Assembly: GCA_050949505.1 (NCBI GenBank)
Contig: JBMNFV010000001.1
Coordinates: forward strand, 222,284-286,283
Length of the DNA stretch: 64,000 nucleotides
From: Patescibacteria group bacterium
GTDB lineage: Bacteria > Patescibacteriota > Patescibacteriia > Patescibacteriales > UBA12465
Direction of reading: 5' to 3'
Both the position numbers and the translations under genes were made by a program. Shown here piece by piece: positions 36,306 to 47,800 of the stretch; positions within the stretch are counted from its first letter, which is position 1; every line of letters begins with the position of its first letter. The notes under the pieces are model-generated. The model saw only the letters and a list, made by a program, of their open reading frames with translations. It was not told the origin of the DNA and did not search any database.

Positions 36306-37082
36306 CTAATTTAAAGCATCGTGCCGCTCTATTTCCTCTAGGATATTGTCAAACAAGACTCTAAATTCTCCAGCGGGATAATAGCCAGTTAAAGGATAGC
36401 CGTTAATAAACCAGGTGGGTGTGCCGAGAATATCTAGAGCTAAACCATCTTCATAGTCTCTTCTAATTAAATCTAAATAGCGGCGCTCGTCATAACAGGT
36501 TTCAAATCTATCTAGGTCTAGGCCAATGATATCGCCCCAATAGAAAAGATTTTCTTTTAATTCCTCTCCTTTATCTTCTAGCAGGTCTTGCCCCAAGAAA
36601 ATAGCTTCATAACCTTCCCAGTAGCGACCTTGTTCGCCAGCGCAGCGCATGGCGACTGCCAGTTCAATGGAGTTATCGTGCAGAGGATAGTCCCTAATAA
36701 CCAGTTTAACGGTATCTTGATATTCGGCTAGCAGGGGGAGAATTTCTATAGCTGATTGACGGCAGTAAGGGCAGGCAAAGTCAGTAAACTCAATGATGGT
36801 AATCTTAGGGTCATTAGAACCTAGATAATAGCCCCCTTGTCCATAAAGAAGTTTTTCAAAGGTTTCGGTCGGGTCAGGAGTATTTAAAATTGTAGTTGGT
36901 TCGCCTTTAAGAATTTTACCTACCTCAGAGGTCACATAAATAGCAGAATAGATAAAAATGATAGCAAAAAAGGATAAGAAAATAATTAATAAAATTCCCC
37001 AAAACTTTTTATACCAAGGCCTGAGGGCGCGCTTATGCCGAGCCTTCATCTCAGCATATTTTATTCTTTCATCTAGACTCAT
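36306..37082 (-). CDS. Membrane-anchored DsbA-family thiol:disulfide oxidoreductase
   Basis: 258 aa. N-terminal TM (FWGILLIIFLSFFAIIFIYSAIYV) and a thioredoxin-fold active site FTDFACPYCRQ (CPYC at nt 36763-36774). First gene of the minus-strand operon. Confidence 0.88.
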   Translation of the reverse strand: MSLDERIKYAEMKARHKRALRPWYKKFWGILLIIFLSFFAIIFIYSAIYVTSEVGKILKGEPTTILNTPDPTETFEKLLYGQGGYYLGSNDPKITIIEFTDFACPYCRQSAIEILPLLAEYQDTVKLVIRDYPLHDNSIELAVAMRCAGEQGRYWEGYEAIFLGQDLLEDKGEELKENLFYWGDIIGLDLDRFETCYDERRYLDLIRRDYEDGLALDILGTPTWFINGYPLTGYYPAGEFRVLFDNILEEIERHDALN

Positions 37083-37109
37083 ATAATTAATTAAAAGATA
37101 AGTAATTAA

Positions 37110-37138
37110 TTGAAAAATAAACCTGATTCTACTATAAT
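37110..37138 (+). promoter_or_regulatory. Putative sigma-70 type promoter for the xth-leuS-rsmA-...-giant gene run
   Basis: TTGAAA (37110-37115), 17-nt spacer, TATAAT (37133-37138), 19 nt before the xth ATG. It lies in a 74-nt divergent spacer shared with the dsbA-like operon. Confidence 0.5.
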
Positions 37139-37156
37139 CAAATTATATCATAAATT

Positions 37157-37924
37157 ATGAAAATAATCTCTTGGAATGTAAATGGCCTTAGGGCAGTGCT
37201 AAAAAAAGGCTTCTTAGACTTTCTCAACAAGGAGTCTCCAGATATTCTTTGCTTGCAAGAAATAAAGATTTCATCAACCGCCTTAGCGGAGTTAAAGTTA
37301 GAAATTCCTGGATACCAAGCTTATTGGCATTCAGCAGAGCGAGCTGGCTATAGTGGCACGGCTATTTTAATTAAGCAGAGCTTATCTGAAAAACATCAAT
37401 ACAGTGAAGGTCTAGGAGTAGAGAAGTTTGACTCAGAAGGCAGAGCGCAAATTTTAGAGCTGCCTCAATTTTATTTAATCAATGCCTATTTCCCTAATGC
37501 TAATCCTGAGCTATCTCGGCTAGGGTATAAGCTAGAATTCAATGAAGCCCTGCTAGCTAAGGCTAAGCAATTAGAGAAAAAGAAACCAGTGATTATCACT
37601 GGAGATTATAATGTTGCTCATCAGGAAATAGACTTAGCTAGGCCTAAGGAAAATGTTGGTAGTCCAGGTTTTACCCCTCAAGAAAGAGAGTGGCTGGATA
37701 AATTTATTGCCGCCGGCTTTATAGACACCTTTAGAGAATTACAAGGTGATCAAGTTAAGTATTCTTGGTGGAGCTATCGGAGCGCTGCTCGGGCGAGAAA
37801 TATTGGTTGGCGGATAGACTATTTCTGCGTATCACCAGCTTTGAAGAAGAAATTAATTCAAGCCGACATACTAGACCAGGTTTTAGGCTCTGACCATGCG
37901 CCCGTAATTTTAGAAATTAGTTAA
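37157..37924 (+). CDS. xth: Exodeoxyribonuclease III
   Basis: 255 aa. MKIISWNVNGLRA, LCLQEIK, GDYNVAH, SDHAPV motifs of the EEP/ExoIII family. Confidence 0.95.
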   Translation: MKIISWNVNGLRAVLKKGFLDFLNKESPDILCLQEIKISSTALAELKLEIPGYQAYWHSAERAGYSGTAILIKQSLSEKHQYSEGLGVEKFDSEGRAQILELPQFYLINAYFPNANPELSRLGYKLEFNEALLAKAKQLEKKKPVIITGDYNVAHQEIDLARPKENVGSPGFTPQEREWLDKFIAAGFIDTFRELQGDQVKYSWWSYRSAARARNIGWRIDYFCVSPALKKKLIQADILDQVLGSDHAPVILEIS

Positions 37925-37935
37925 ATTAAATTATT

Positions 37936-40377
37936 ATGTATCGTCATCAGGAAATAGAAAAAAAATGGCAACAGCACTGGGAGTCTAGCGGGCTTTATCG
38001 GGTTAGCAATGATAGTAGTCGCCCCAAGTATTATATTTTAGATATGTTCCCCTATCCCTCAGGGGCAGGACTACACGTTGGCCACCCTAAGGGCTATATT
38101 GCTACCGATGTATTAGCCCGGCTGAAAATGATGCAAGGCTATAATGTTTTGCACCCCATGGGCTTTGATGCTTTTGGTCTGCCAGCAGAGAATTATGCTC
38201 TTAAGAACAAGGTTCAGCCTAGAGTGAGCACCGCTGAGAATGTAAAAAAATACAAAGAGCAATTAGCCAAGTTAGGCTTTACCTATGATTGGTCTAGGGA
38301 AATAAATACTACTGACCCCAGCTACTACAAATGGACGCAATGGATTTTTTTACAAATGTTTAAACGAGGTTTGGCCTATGAATCTGAAGCACCAATTAAT
38401 TGGTGTCCCTCTTGTCAGACTGGTTTAGCCAATGAGGATTTAGAAGGGGGAGCCTGTGAGCGCTGTGGCACCTTGGTAGAACAAAAGCCACTCAGACAAT
38501 GGGTGTTAAAAATAACTGACTATGCGGACCGACTCTTAACTGACCTAGAGCAATTGCCAGCTTGGAATGAGTCAATTAAGGAGATGCAAAGAAATTGGCT
38601 AGGAAAAAGCCAGGGAGCGGAGTTAGAATTTTCTTTACAACTAGGAACAGAGATCGTCCCTGAAAAAAAGATTAAAGTATTTACCACCAGACTAGATACT
38701 ATCTTTGGCTGCACTTATGTAGTCCTGGCCCCAGAGCATCCTTTAGTAGCGACACTTAAGGATAAAATAGATAATCAAGAAGAGCTAGCTAACTATTTAC
38801 AAGCAGTTAAAAACAAAACCAATTTAGAGCGAACTGATTTAAATAAAGACAAGACGGGAGTGAGGTTGGTAGGAGTGCAAGCCCTTAATCCCTTTAATCA
38901 AGAGGCGGTAGCGGTCTTTGTTGCTGACTACGTCTTAGCCTCTTACGGCACAGGGGCAGTTATGGCGGTACCGGCTCATGATGAACGAGATTATGAGTTT
39001 GCTCAGAAATTTAACTTAACCATTAGACCAGTTATCTCTCCTTCGGCTAAGGAGTTAATTAATACTACGGAGGTTTATACCGCTGATGGCTACTTACATA
39101 ATTCCGGAGCATATTCAGGCTTAAGTTCTCAAAAAGCCCGAGAACAGCTAACCGCTTGGCTAGAAGAGAAGCAGTTAGGGAGCGAAAAGGTTAATTTTAA
39201 AATAGAAGATTGGGTGTTTTCCCGACAGCGCTATTGGGGAGAGCCGATTCCCTTAATCCATTGTCAGCACTGTGGGGTGGTGCCAGTTCCTGAGGAAGAA
39301 CTGCCCCTAGTTTTGCCTGAGGTGGCTAGTTATGAGCCAACTGGTACCGGAGAATCGCCGCTAGCAGCAATTAGCGACTGGGTTAATACTCAGTGTCCAA
39401 AGTGTGGTGGTCAGGCTCAGCGAGAAACTAATACCATGCCTCAATGGGCTGGTTCTTGTTGGTATTATTTACGTTATCTTGACCCTCACAATGACCAGGC
39501 CTTGGTAGCAGCAGATTTGGAAAAATATTGGTCGCCAGTAGATGTTTATGTTGGGGGAGCGGAACACGCTACTCGTCATCTAATTTATGCCCGATTTTGG
39601 CATAAGTTCTTATTTGACGAAGGGCTAGTTAGCCAGAGTGAGCCCTTTAAGAAATTACAACAAGTGGGCTTGATCATGGGCGAGGATGGAAGAAAAATGA
39701 GCAAGCGTTGGGGCAATGTTATTAATCCCGATGAAATAGTTAATGAATATGGAGCAGACTCTTTACGGGTCTATGAAATGTTTATGGGCCCCTTTGGACA
39801 GGCCAGCGCCTGGAGCACTAACGGCTTAAGTGGTTGTCGTAAATTTTTAGAAAAAGTAGTTAGCTTAAGTGAGGCTCAGGAGTTTGCAGAAGTTAAGGAG
39901 CTAAAAATTTTGCTTCATAAAACAATTAAGAAAGTGGAGCATGATATTGAAAACTTTGCTTTCAATACCGCCATCTCCGCTTTAATGATTCTGGTTAATG
40001 AATTGTTAGCCGCAAAGAGTCAGCAATCAGTTATCCCTCTATCTGCAGATGACTACTTAAAATTCCTACAAATTCTATCCCCCTTTGCGCCCCATCTTAG
40101 CGAGGAGTTAGCGGAGCGATTAGAATTGGGTCGGAGTATTTTTAGCACCACCTGGCCAGCTTATGATGAGAGCCTAATAGCGGCGGGACAGATTAATTTA
40201 GTGGTCCAAGTAAATGGCAAATTGCGGGGAACCTTAACGGTAGCTAGAGAGATAAGTGAAGCTGAGGCTTTAGCGCTAGCTCAGGCACAGCCAGGCATTA
40301 GTCGCTGGCTAGCTGACAAAGAATTGGTGAAAGTTATTTATGTGCCAGGGAGGTTGCTTAATTTAGTAATTAAATAA
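37936..40377 (+). CDS. leuS: Leucine--tRNA ligase
   Basis: 813 aa. HVGH (HIGH) and KMSKR (KMSKS) class I motifs, CP1 editing domain, and the LeuS-specific N-terminus YRHQEIEKKWQQHWE. Confidence 0.98.
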   Translation: MYRHQEIEKKWQQHWESSGLYRVSNDSSRPKYYILDMFPYPSGAGLHVGHPKGYIATDVLARLKMMQGYNVLHPMGFDAFGLPAENYALKNKVQPRVSTAENVKKYKEQLAKLGFTYDWSREINTTDPSYYKWTQWIFLQMFKRGLAYESEAPINWCPSCQTGLANEDLEGGACERCGTLVEQKPLRQWVLKITDYADRLLTDLEQLPAWNESIKEMQRNWLGKSQGAELEFSLQLGTEIVPEKKIKVFTTRLDTIFGCTYVVLAPEHPLVATLKDKIDNQEELANYLQAVKNKTNLERTDLNKDKTGVRLVGVQALNPFNQEAVAVFVADYVLASYGTGAVMAVPAHDERDYEFAQKFNLTIRPVISPSAKELINTTEVYTADGYLHNSGAYSGLSSQKAREQLTAWLEEKQLGSEKVNFKIEDWVFSRQRYWGEPIPLIHCQHCGVVPVPEEELPLVLPEVASYEPTGTGESPLAAISDWVNTQCPKCGGQAQRETNTMPQWAGSCWYYLRYLDPHNDQALVAADLEKYWSPVDVYVGGAEHATRHLIYARFWHKFLFDEGLVSQSEPFKKLQQVGLIMGEDGRKMSKRWGNVINPDEIVNEYGADSLRVYEMFMGPFGQASAWSTNGLSGCRKFLEKVVSLSEAQEFAEVKELKILLHKTIKKVEHDIENFAFNTAISALMILVNELLAAKSQQSVIPLSADDYLKFLQILSPFAPHLSEELAERLELGRSIFSTTWPAYDESLIAAGQINLVVQVNGKLRGTLTVAREISEAEALALAQAQPGISRWLADKELVKVIYVPGRLLNLVIK

Positions 40378-40383
40378 TTTATT

Positions 40384-41229
40384 ATGGCCACACTCTTATC
40401 AGAAATTAGAGAAATTTGTCGACTATTAGAAATTAAGCCGGCGCGAAGCAAGGGGCAAAACTTTCTTATCAACGAACGGATTTATCAAAGAATAGTGGCT
40501 GAAGCAGACTTAAAAGATGATGAGACAGTGTTGGAGGTGGGGCCAGGTTTGGGATTCTTAACCCTAGCGCTAGCAGCCCAGGCCAAGCGAGTCTTGGCGG
40601 TGGAATTAGACGATCGACTCGCCCAGTACTTACAATCAGGAGTAGCGGCTGCTAACCTTAGTAATATTCAGATATTTAATGAAGATATTTTAAAGTTTAA
40701 TTTAGCTAAACAGCTTTTGCCAGGGGAGAGCTATAAAATAGTTGCTAATTTGCCGTATAATATTACGGCAATTTTTTTACGAATGTTTCTATCAGCCCCT
40801 CAACAACCACAGTTATTAGTATTAATGCTTCAGAAAGAAGTGGCCGAGCGATTAATTGCTCAACCTCCGAAAATGAATTTGCTGGCACTATCAGTTCAAT
40901 ATTATGCGAAGGTAACGATAGTTAGGGAAGTGAAGGCCGGCAATTTTTGGCCCGAACCTCAAGTGGATAGTGCGATAGTGAAGCTAGAAGTTAAAGAAGG
41001 TGCTCGTGATTTAGAAGAAGAAAAACTATTCTTTCGCCTACTCCGGTCAGGTTTTAGCGCTAAGCGTAAGATGCTAAAAAATAATTTAGCCAATAGTCTA
41101 AAAATATCAGGAGACTTAGTTAAAACAGCCCTAGAGAATAGTAAGTTAGATATGTCTCTTAGAGCAGAGCAATTGAGCCTGGCAGATTGGCAAAGATTAC
41201 TTGCTGAATTAAGGGATTTTATGTTATAA
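40384..41229 (+). CDS. rsmA: 16S rRNA (adenine1518/1519-N6)-dimethyltransferase
   Basis: 281 aa. KSKGQNFLIN, VLEVGPGLGFLT (SAM binding), NLPYNI motifs. Confidence 0.95.
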   Translation: MATLLSEIREICRLLEIKPARSKGQNFLINERIYQRIVAEADLKDDETVLEVGPGLGFLTLALAAQAKRVLAVELDDRLAQYLQSGVAAANLSNIQIFNEDILKFNLAKQLLPGESYKIVANLPYNITAIFLRMFLSAPQQPQLLVLMLQKEVAERLIAQPPKMNLLALSVQYYAKVTIVREVKAGNFWPEPQVDSAIVKLEVKEGARDLEEEKLFFRLLRSGFSAKRKMLKNNLANSLKISGDLVKTALENSKLDMSLRAEQLSLADWQRLLAELRDFML

Positions 41230-41263
41230 TTTAGGTGAATTAAGCTAAGTTAATAATTTTTTT

Positions 41264-41869
41264 ATGAATCAGCAGCGCTCACCTTATCAGTCAAAAAACA
41301 ATCCTGAGGACTTTTCTCGTCGCCAGAAAACTGCTTTAATTTTATTAACTTTTTTTTCCTTATTAATCTTAAGTATTTGGTTGGTGCAAATTAGTGAAGG
41401 GATCAAGGGGCCATTTAAGCTTCCTCGTAGAGAAGGCGCTACGACTATCACCGAGGAGACAGATTTACACAACAGGGACACGGATGGCGACGGTCTAAGT
41501 GATTATGATGAGATTTATGTTTATGGCACCTCGCCCTATCTAGAAGATACTGATGGGGACGGCATTAGTGATTATGACGAGATAATGGCCGGTACTGACC
41601 CGCTTTGCCCAGAGGGTGAAAATTGCTTTGGACTGTCTATCACTATTCCTGATGAGAAGCTAGATATAGAGGAGAACGAATGGTTATTGGAGGCTGAGGG
41701 TCAGGGAGACTTTGATTTAGCAACATTAGGTCCGGAGATAATTAGAGAAGTGCTAATTAGTGAAGGCTATGACCAAGCGGAGCTAGATAAGATTAGCGAT
41801 GAAGAGCTATTGGCCGCTTATCAGGAAGCCTTGATCGCCAGTGAACAAGAGTTAAAATTAAATAATTAA
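41264..41869 (+). CDS. Membrane-anchored protein with thrombospondin type-3-like Ca-binding repeats
   Basis: 201 aa. One TM (ALILLTFFSLLILSIWLV) and two near-identical DTDGDG(L/I)SDYDEI repeats (nt 41477-41512 and 41546-41581). Confidence 0.7.
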   Translation: MNQQRSPYQSKNNPEDFSRRQKTALILLTFFSLLILSIWLVQISEGIKGPFKLPRREGATTITEETDLHNRDTDGDGLSDYDEIYVYGTSPYLEDTDGDGISDYDEIMAGTDPLCPEGENCFGLSITIPDEKLDIEENEWLLEAEGQGDFDLATLGPEIIREVLISEGYDQAELDKISDEELLAAYQEALIASEQELKLNN

Positions 41870-41897
41870 TTTAGATTATTAGTTAAATAATAAACAA

Positions 41898-44800
41898 ATG
41901 AAATCTTTGTTTCCATTTTTAATTATTAAGAGCCCTAAGAGTCTAGCAGTCAAAGGGCTAGCTTCTTTTTTATTATTAATAATGTTACTGGGAGTTTTAG
42001 CTGTCCCTAAAGATGTTCAGGCGCAAGCAGTGGTAGTTGACCCCGCGGCCTCTGCTCAAAGAATTACTTTTGATATAAAAAGTGACTTTTGGCGAAAGAC
42101 TTTAGAGGGACTGACTAGGGCAGCCTCGATCTCTTTTCATAGATTTCTTAAAACTTCTCTAAATAAAATAGCTTATGATACCGCTACTTACATTGGCTCA
42201 GGAGACAGGGGGCAAAAGCCTTTATTTGTTACCGAGGAATGGGATGTGTATTTGAAGAAGGTGGCTGACCAGGCAGGGGGAGAGGCGATACAAACCTTTG
42301 TTAATGCCTTTGCTGATAGTTGGACTAACGATATAGGTAATACAAAAGGAGCCCAAAAAGAATTTCAAGAGTGTACTAGTAAATGTGGGGTGGAGGGGAT
42401 ATCCGAGTGTTATAAGAAATGCCAAGAGGCGTCTCAAAGTAAATTAGCTACTAGCACCCCAGGAGTGTCGGAGCGGAGAATGGTAGTTAATGTTTGTCAG
42501 CCCTCTTCTTTGCAGGCGGGGCTAAAAATATCCTTAGGTTTAGCCGCTCAGTCTCAGCCAGGAGCCCCTAAGTGTACGGCGACAGAGTTGATAAAGAATT
42601 GGGGAGATGGAATAGTCAGTGATTATCAAAAGTTCACTAATATAAATTATTTAAATGAGGTTAAGGGTATGTTTAACCCCATTTCTAATGATTTGGGAAT
42701 ATTTACCATTCTTAGCTCAGACTTAATGACGGCCGAGGAGAAAGCTAAGGTTAACAAGGAAAGAACCTTGGTAGCTGGTAACGGTTGGCTAGATGTTAGA
42801 AAGATTTCTGGAGAGTTAATCGGATCGCCTAATGCTGCTGAGCGGCAGGCCTTAATAACTCAACAGACAGCAGCCAGTGCTTTCCTGATGACTACGGGGG
42901 ACATAGTAGTTGATTCAGCTAATGTTTTCTTAAACCAATTAGCCCTTACCTCGTTTAATAGACTGATGGCCAACTTAGGAGACTTAGCTAGTCGAGGGAC
43001 TAGTTCTTTTGGCTCTGCTGGCTACGATAGCGATCCTAATGTGACCTATAAAGAGGCAGAGTTGGGAAAAACTATTGCTAAGGTAATTGCTCCAAATTAT
43101 CAATCTGACTCTGACTATGATGTCCTAATTAAATTATCTACTTGTCCTGACCCCAGTAATCCGGGGCCAAATGAATGTGTAATTGATGATCGTTTCTTGG
43201 AAGCAATTACTAAAAAGAAAACAATTGCTCAGGCAATGAATGATGGTAGTCTAAATCCTAATTGGCGATTTGTTAAAGAAGGCAAGATTGATGCCCAGGC
43301 TTTCTCGGCGCGCAATATTGATATTTTAATTAAACATCGGATATTGCCAACTATTTGGGCAGAGATTTTTAATAAATTAGATACTATACCTGAAGCAAAG
43401 GAAGCGACTTTAAGGGATTTAGTGTCTTGTTATGCCGAGGGAGATGAGTATAGTGGCTTTAGTAATAATTTCAATCCTCAAGATACTGCTTGGTGCAAGG
43501 GCCTAGTTGATCCTCATTGGGTGCTTAAGGCCCCATTAACATATTGTGCTAAGAAGGGGATCGGATCTCAGATTGTTAGCTCTATTAATATTCCTGGCTC
43601 CTCTCAAGGAGGGGTGAAGATAGCTAGTGTTTACAATATTTCTCGGGCTAGTGACTATTGTGCTGATGAGCAAACCTGTATTCAGGAGGACGGAAAGGGA
43701 AATTGTGATTATTTCGGCTATTGTAATGAAGAACGAAGAACTTGGGAATTTGACTCGGCTTCTTGTGAGCCAGTCTATAATACTTGTGAAACCTTTACTA
43801 ACGAAACTAGTCGGCAGAGATTCTCATTTTTGGAGAATACCTTAAATTATGGCAATTGTGATGCTGACAATGCGGGTTGTGCTAAATATTTATTAACAGG
43901 CAGCTATGCAAGTACTACTAATTTAATTTCCTGGAGCAATGAGCAGGGCGTTTACCTGACTAAGGCAGATGATTGTAGTCAGCGCAGCGAAGGGTGCACA
44001 GAATTAATCAGAGTCAAGCCTACTTGGGGAGCTAATTTAATTACTAGTACTTGGCTGGACGAGGAAGAGGTCAAAACAAATAATTTAGGGACAGGCATAG
44101 AAATAGTTTTCTCTGGTTGGCCTATCGCTTATTCTCAGAATTCAGCGGAAGGACAAAAACGGGTAGAAGTTATTACTGAGGACGAAGAAACCGAGATTCA
44201 TTTGTCAACAACTAGGCGATCAGTAGCGGCTGGGTCAACTGGGGGGAATTTAACCGCTAAGGTTTATTCTTCACCAGAGAAATCTTTATTACCAAATAAT
44301 TTTTCTCTAATTCCTGGCGAGTCATACACCCTAACAGCTGATGTTTATTTAGAGGAGGGAGATCGAGTGATTGCCTATCTAGGTAGCGATGCCTTATCGC
44401 CCACAGCAGTCACTAAAGAGACGTTAGCTAAAGGTGCTTGGCAAACCTTGCGAGTTACAAGACGAGCGGATAGTAGTTATCAAAGACCGGAATTTGGCAT
44501 TATGGGCTTAACCGCTAGTGGGGCGAGAGTCTCATTCTCGGTTAGTAATGTTAAATTTGAAGTTAGTAATGTTAGCAGTGACTTTAGTATTTATGGAAAT
44601 TATCGAGTTTACCAAAAACTAATTCCTCCTTATTTAGAAAATGTTTGCTATAAGGGAGGAGGGAACTATGAGCTAAAGGAAGATGCCCCCAGTATTTGTC
44701 TTAACTTTACTAGACAGTGTAATGCTAGCGAAGTTGGTTGTGAGTCATTTACCAGTGTTAAGAATCAGGTTAAGGTGACGGCGCAAGTAACGGGAGATGA

Positions 44801-47800
44801 CTATTGTAATCAAGAATGTGTTGGCTATAATCTATATTTTGCCCGAGCTAATTATTTTAACCCAGTTCAGGCTGAGAATATCATTCCTGCCAACTTAACC
44901 GCTTGTAGTGCTGCTGCGGTTGGTTGTAATGAGTTTACCAATTTAGACTCAGTTAGAGCTGGTGGGGAAGGGCGAGAATATTATCAAGAGTTAAGGCAGT
45001 GTATAAAGCCTAACCCCACGGAGTGTGATAGTTTTTATAGCTGGGAAGTGACTAAGAATGGTTCGCAGTTAAAGTTATTTACTTTGCAAAAAGATCAGCA
45101 GACAGGAGGACCAAAGACGGTTATTGATGACAGGGGGGAGTGTAATGAAGAAATTTATAAGAAAAAGCCAGGCGATCCCTTGTATAATTCTGACTGTCGG
45201 GAGTTTTATGACACTGACGGAAAAATCTTCTACCACTTGCTATCTAAAACAATTACTTGTTCAGAGAATTGCTTAACTTACCGAATGACAGAAAAGAATA
45301 TAGACCAAAGCAAGAAGAGTGAAGCGAGTTGTCAGGGCAGTGATGGTAATTGGGATAATGGCAATTGCTATATTTGTCTAAATGGTGGTCAGTGGGACGA
45401 GTCATTAAAGGCCTGTACTTATCAAGCGATTCCCGGAGAAGGTAAGGCTTGTTCAGCGGCAGCAGCTGGTTGCCGAGAGTATAGTGGTAGCAATGGCAAC
45501 AATATTAAGAATATCTATTCCTTTAACTTTGACAATGGCTTACAGGGCTGGGAGTCAAATTGTTCAAATGGAGTAACCGCCAGTCAGGTTTCTAATAATC
45601 GTAGTGGAGGGTCAATGCTGGTTTCAGGAACTATTGGTAACCAATGTTCAGTGGCAGGATTAAAACTAACTGATTCAACTGCTAATAATAACAGGCAGGC
45701 CGTTGCTCAGCTTCCAGTTGGGCAAGCAGTTACTCAAGGTAAGTCCTATAACTTACGCTTTATGGCTCGGTCAGAGAGACCGCTTACCTTGTTAGCTTAT
45801 TTCTCTAATGCCAATCCCGAGACGGGCGCTTTAGAGATAGCAGAATTTAATGAAGGGGAGCATATTAATATTAAGGGAGGAAATAGTTGGCAAATTTACG
45901 AACTAACCCTACAAGAATTAGACCATCAAGTTAGTGCAGGAGAGCTGTTAGTGATTGGTACTAATAATGATGGTGAATACTATCTAGACGACCTAGTTTT
46001 AACTGAAATTAGTGACCGCTATTATCTAATTAAAGACAGTGGTCGGATTCCTAATGTTTGCTATTTTGATGTTAATGGTGAATATCGGGGTGATAGCTAT
46101 AATCTAGGCTGCTCACTATACACTGATCGTGATAACCAAACTCATAGTTTGCTTAAATTCTCTAAACTTTGTGCTAACTCTTCAGTTGGTTGTGAGCAAA
46201 TGATTAGGACCCAAAACTCAGCCTCTCCTGAGATTGAGACTTGGAATGGCGAGCGAGATGATAAGTCGTGTCAGTCAGGAGATAAAGATTGTGTAACTGT
46301 TCCAGCTGATGAAACTATTTACGCTGTTTATGATCGCACTAAATCTTGTGGCGAAGCAGAAAAGGGTTGTCAGCTGACAGGCAGGGTAATAGATGATTCG
46401 GGTAATCAGTCAGATGAGTACAAAAAGATAGACCCTGATAAATTTAGAGAAACTATTTGTGGCCCTAGCGCCTTAGGCTGTTCTGCTTGGAGCTCTGGAA
46501 AGGGAACTGTTTATTTCAAGAATCCCGGCAATAACTATTGTGAATACCGCACAGGGTCATCCTCAGCGGCTGGCAAGAATTGGTATGAGGTCCGAGTTAA
46601 TCGTTGTGATATGAATAACAACGGACGAATAGATGCTAACGAGAGGCAAACTTGTCGTCAGGACCAGGATTGTGGTGGGGGGAAGTGTATCTTGGATAAA
46701 ACTGATCGTCTATGTGCGGTAACTACAGACAAAACCTTTGGCTATGGAGGTTTAGGTAAGGCGATTGATACGCCTGCCGATAAAGTAGGTCTATGTACAA
46801 CAGAGGCGGCTAGTTGTAGTGAGTATTTAGACCCAGTTAGTGCTATTTCCGCCACGATAGCCAAGAATGATGGCACTGGCCTAGTCTTTAATTTAGAGAC
46901 AAATAAACTATACTCAATCTCCTTTGATACTGTTCCCAAGTCAAAGGTAGAATTAAAATTCTCAGCTGGGGTTAGACAGCTATTAGAAAATAATTCTTTA
47001 AGAAACTCCACAACAACTATTTCATTAACCGGCCAACAGGGAGCAATTGTTCATACGGGGTCAGCCAGAGGAATGACTATGAGGGTGACCGGAACTAATG
47101 TTAGTCCGATTGTTAAAGAGGTGATTATTAACTATCAGCTAAGCAGAGAGATAGAGACTTGCGAGTCACCAAACTTAGATAATGGTTGTATTCTCTTTAA
47201 TGAGCGCAAGGTGTCTAGTGGAAACTCGGTGGGTAATCTGAGTTATGTTAGTAATAACTATAATGCCTTTGCTAGCGAAGATGGCAGGGCGGTCTCTAGT
47301 TGCAATTCTGGTGATTGTACAGCTAATAAACTAATCAAGGTAGCACCCAACCGAGAATGCTCTAGATGGCTAGATTGTCTTTCATATGGGTTTGATGAAA
47401 AGGGAGAGAAGGTTTGTTATGCTATTGGTGAATGCACTCAATTAGAAGAGGGAGAGTGTGTTAGTTGGGTAGAGACTTCAAGTGATAAGCAGGGATATGA
47501 TGAGATTAGCAGAAATGCCAGCGGCTACACCATGCTGGATAGGTACAACTTAGCGAGCATGCAAGAAGTGGGACTGAACTCAGACGTTCATTATGACTTT
47601 GAAGAGCTGATGCCCTATTTATCTTGCCAACAGAGCAATGGACAGTCATGTAATATTAATATTTATGACTATTTAATTAGAGAAAAACAGGACGCGCCGA
47701 ATAATATAGAGTATCCAGCTCATGGAAAATCCTTCCTTAAAGTGCCACAAAATCATTTAGTCACTATCACGCCAGATAGTGGGGTGAAGCTAGAGGAAAA

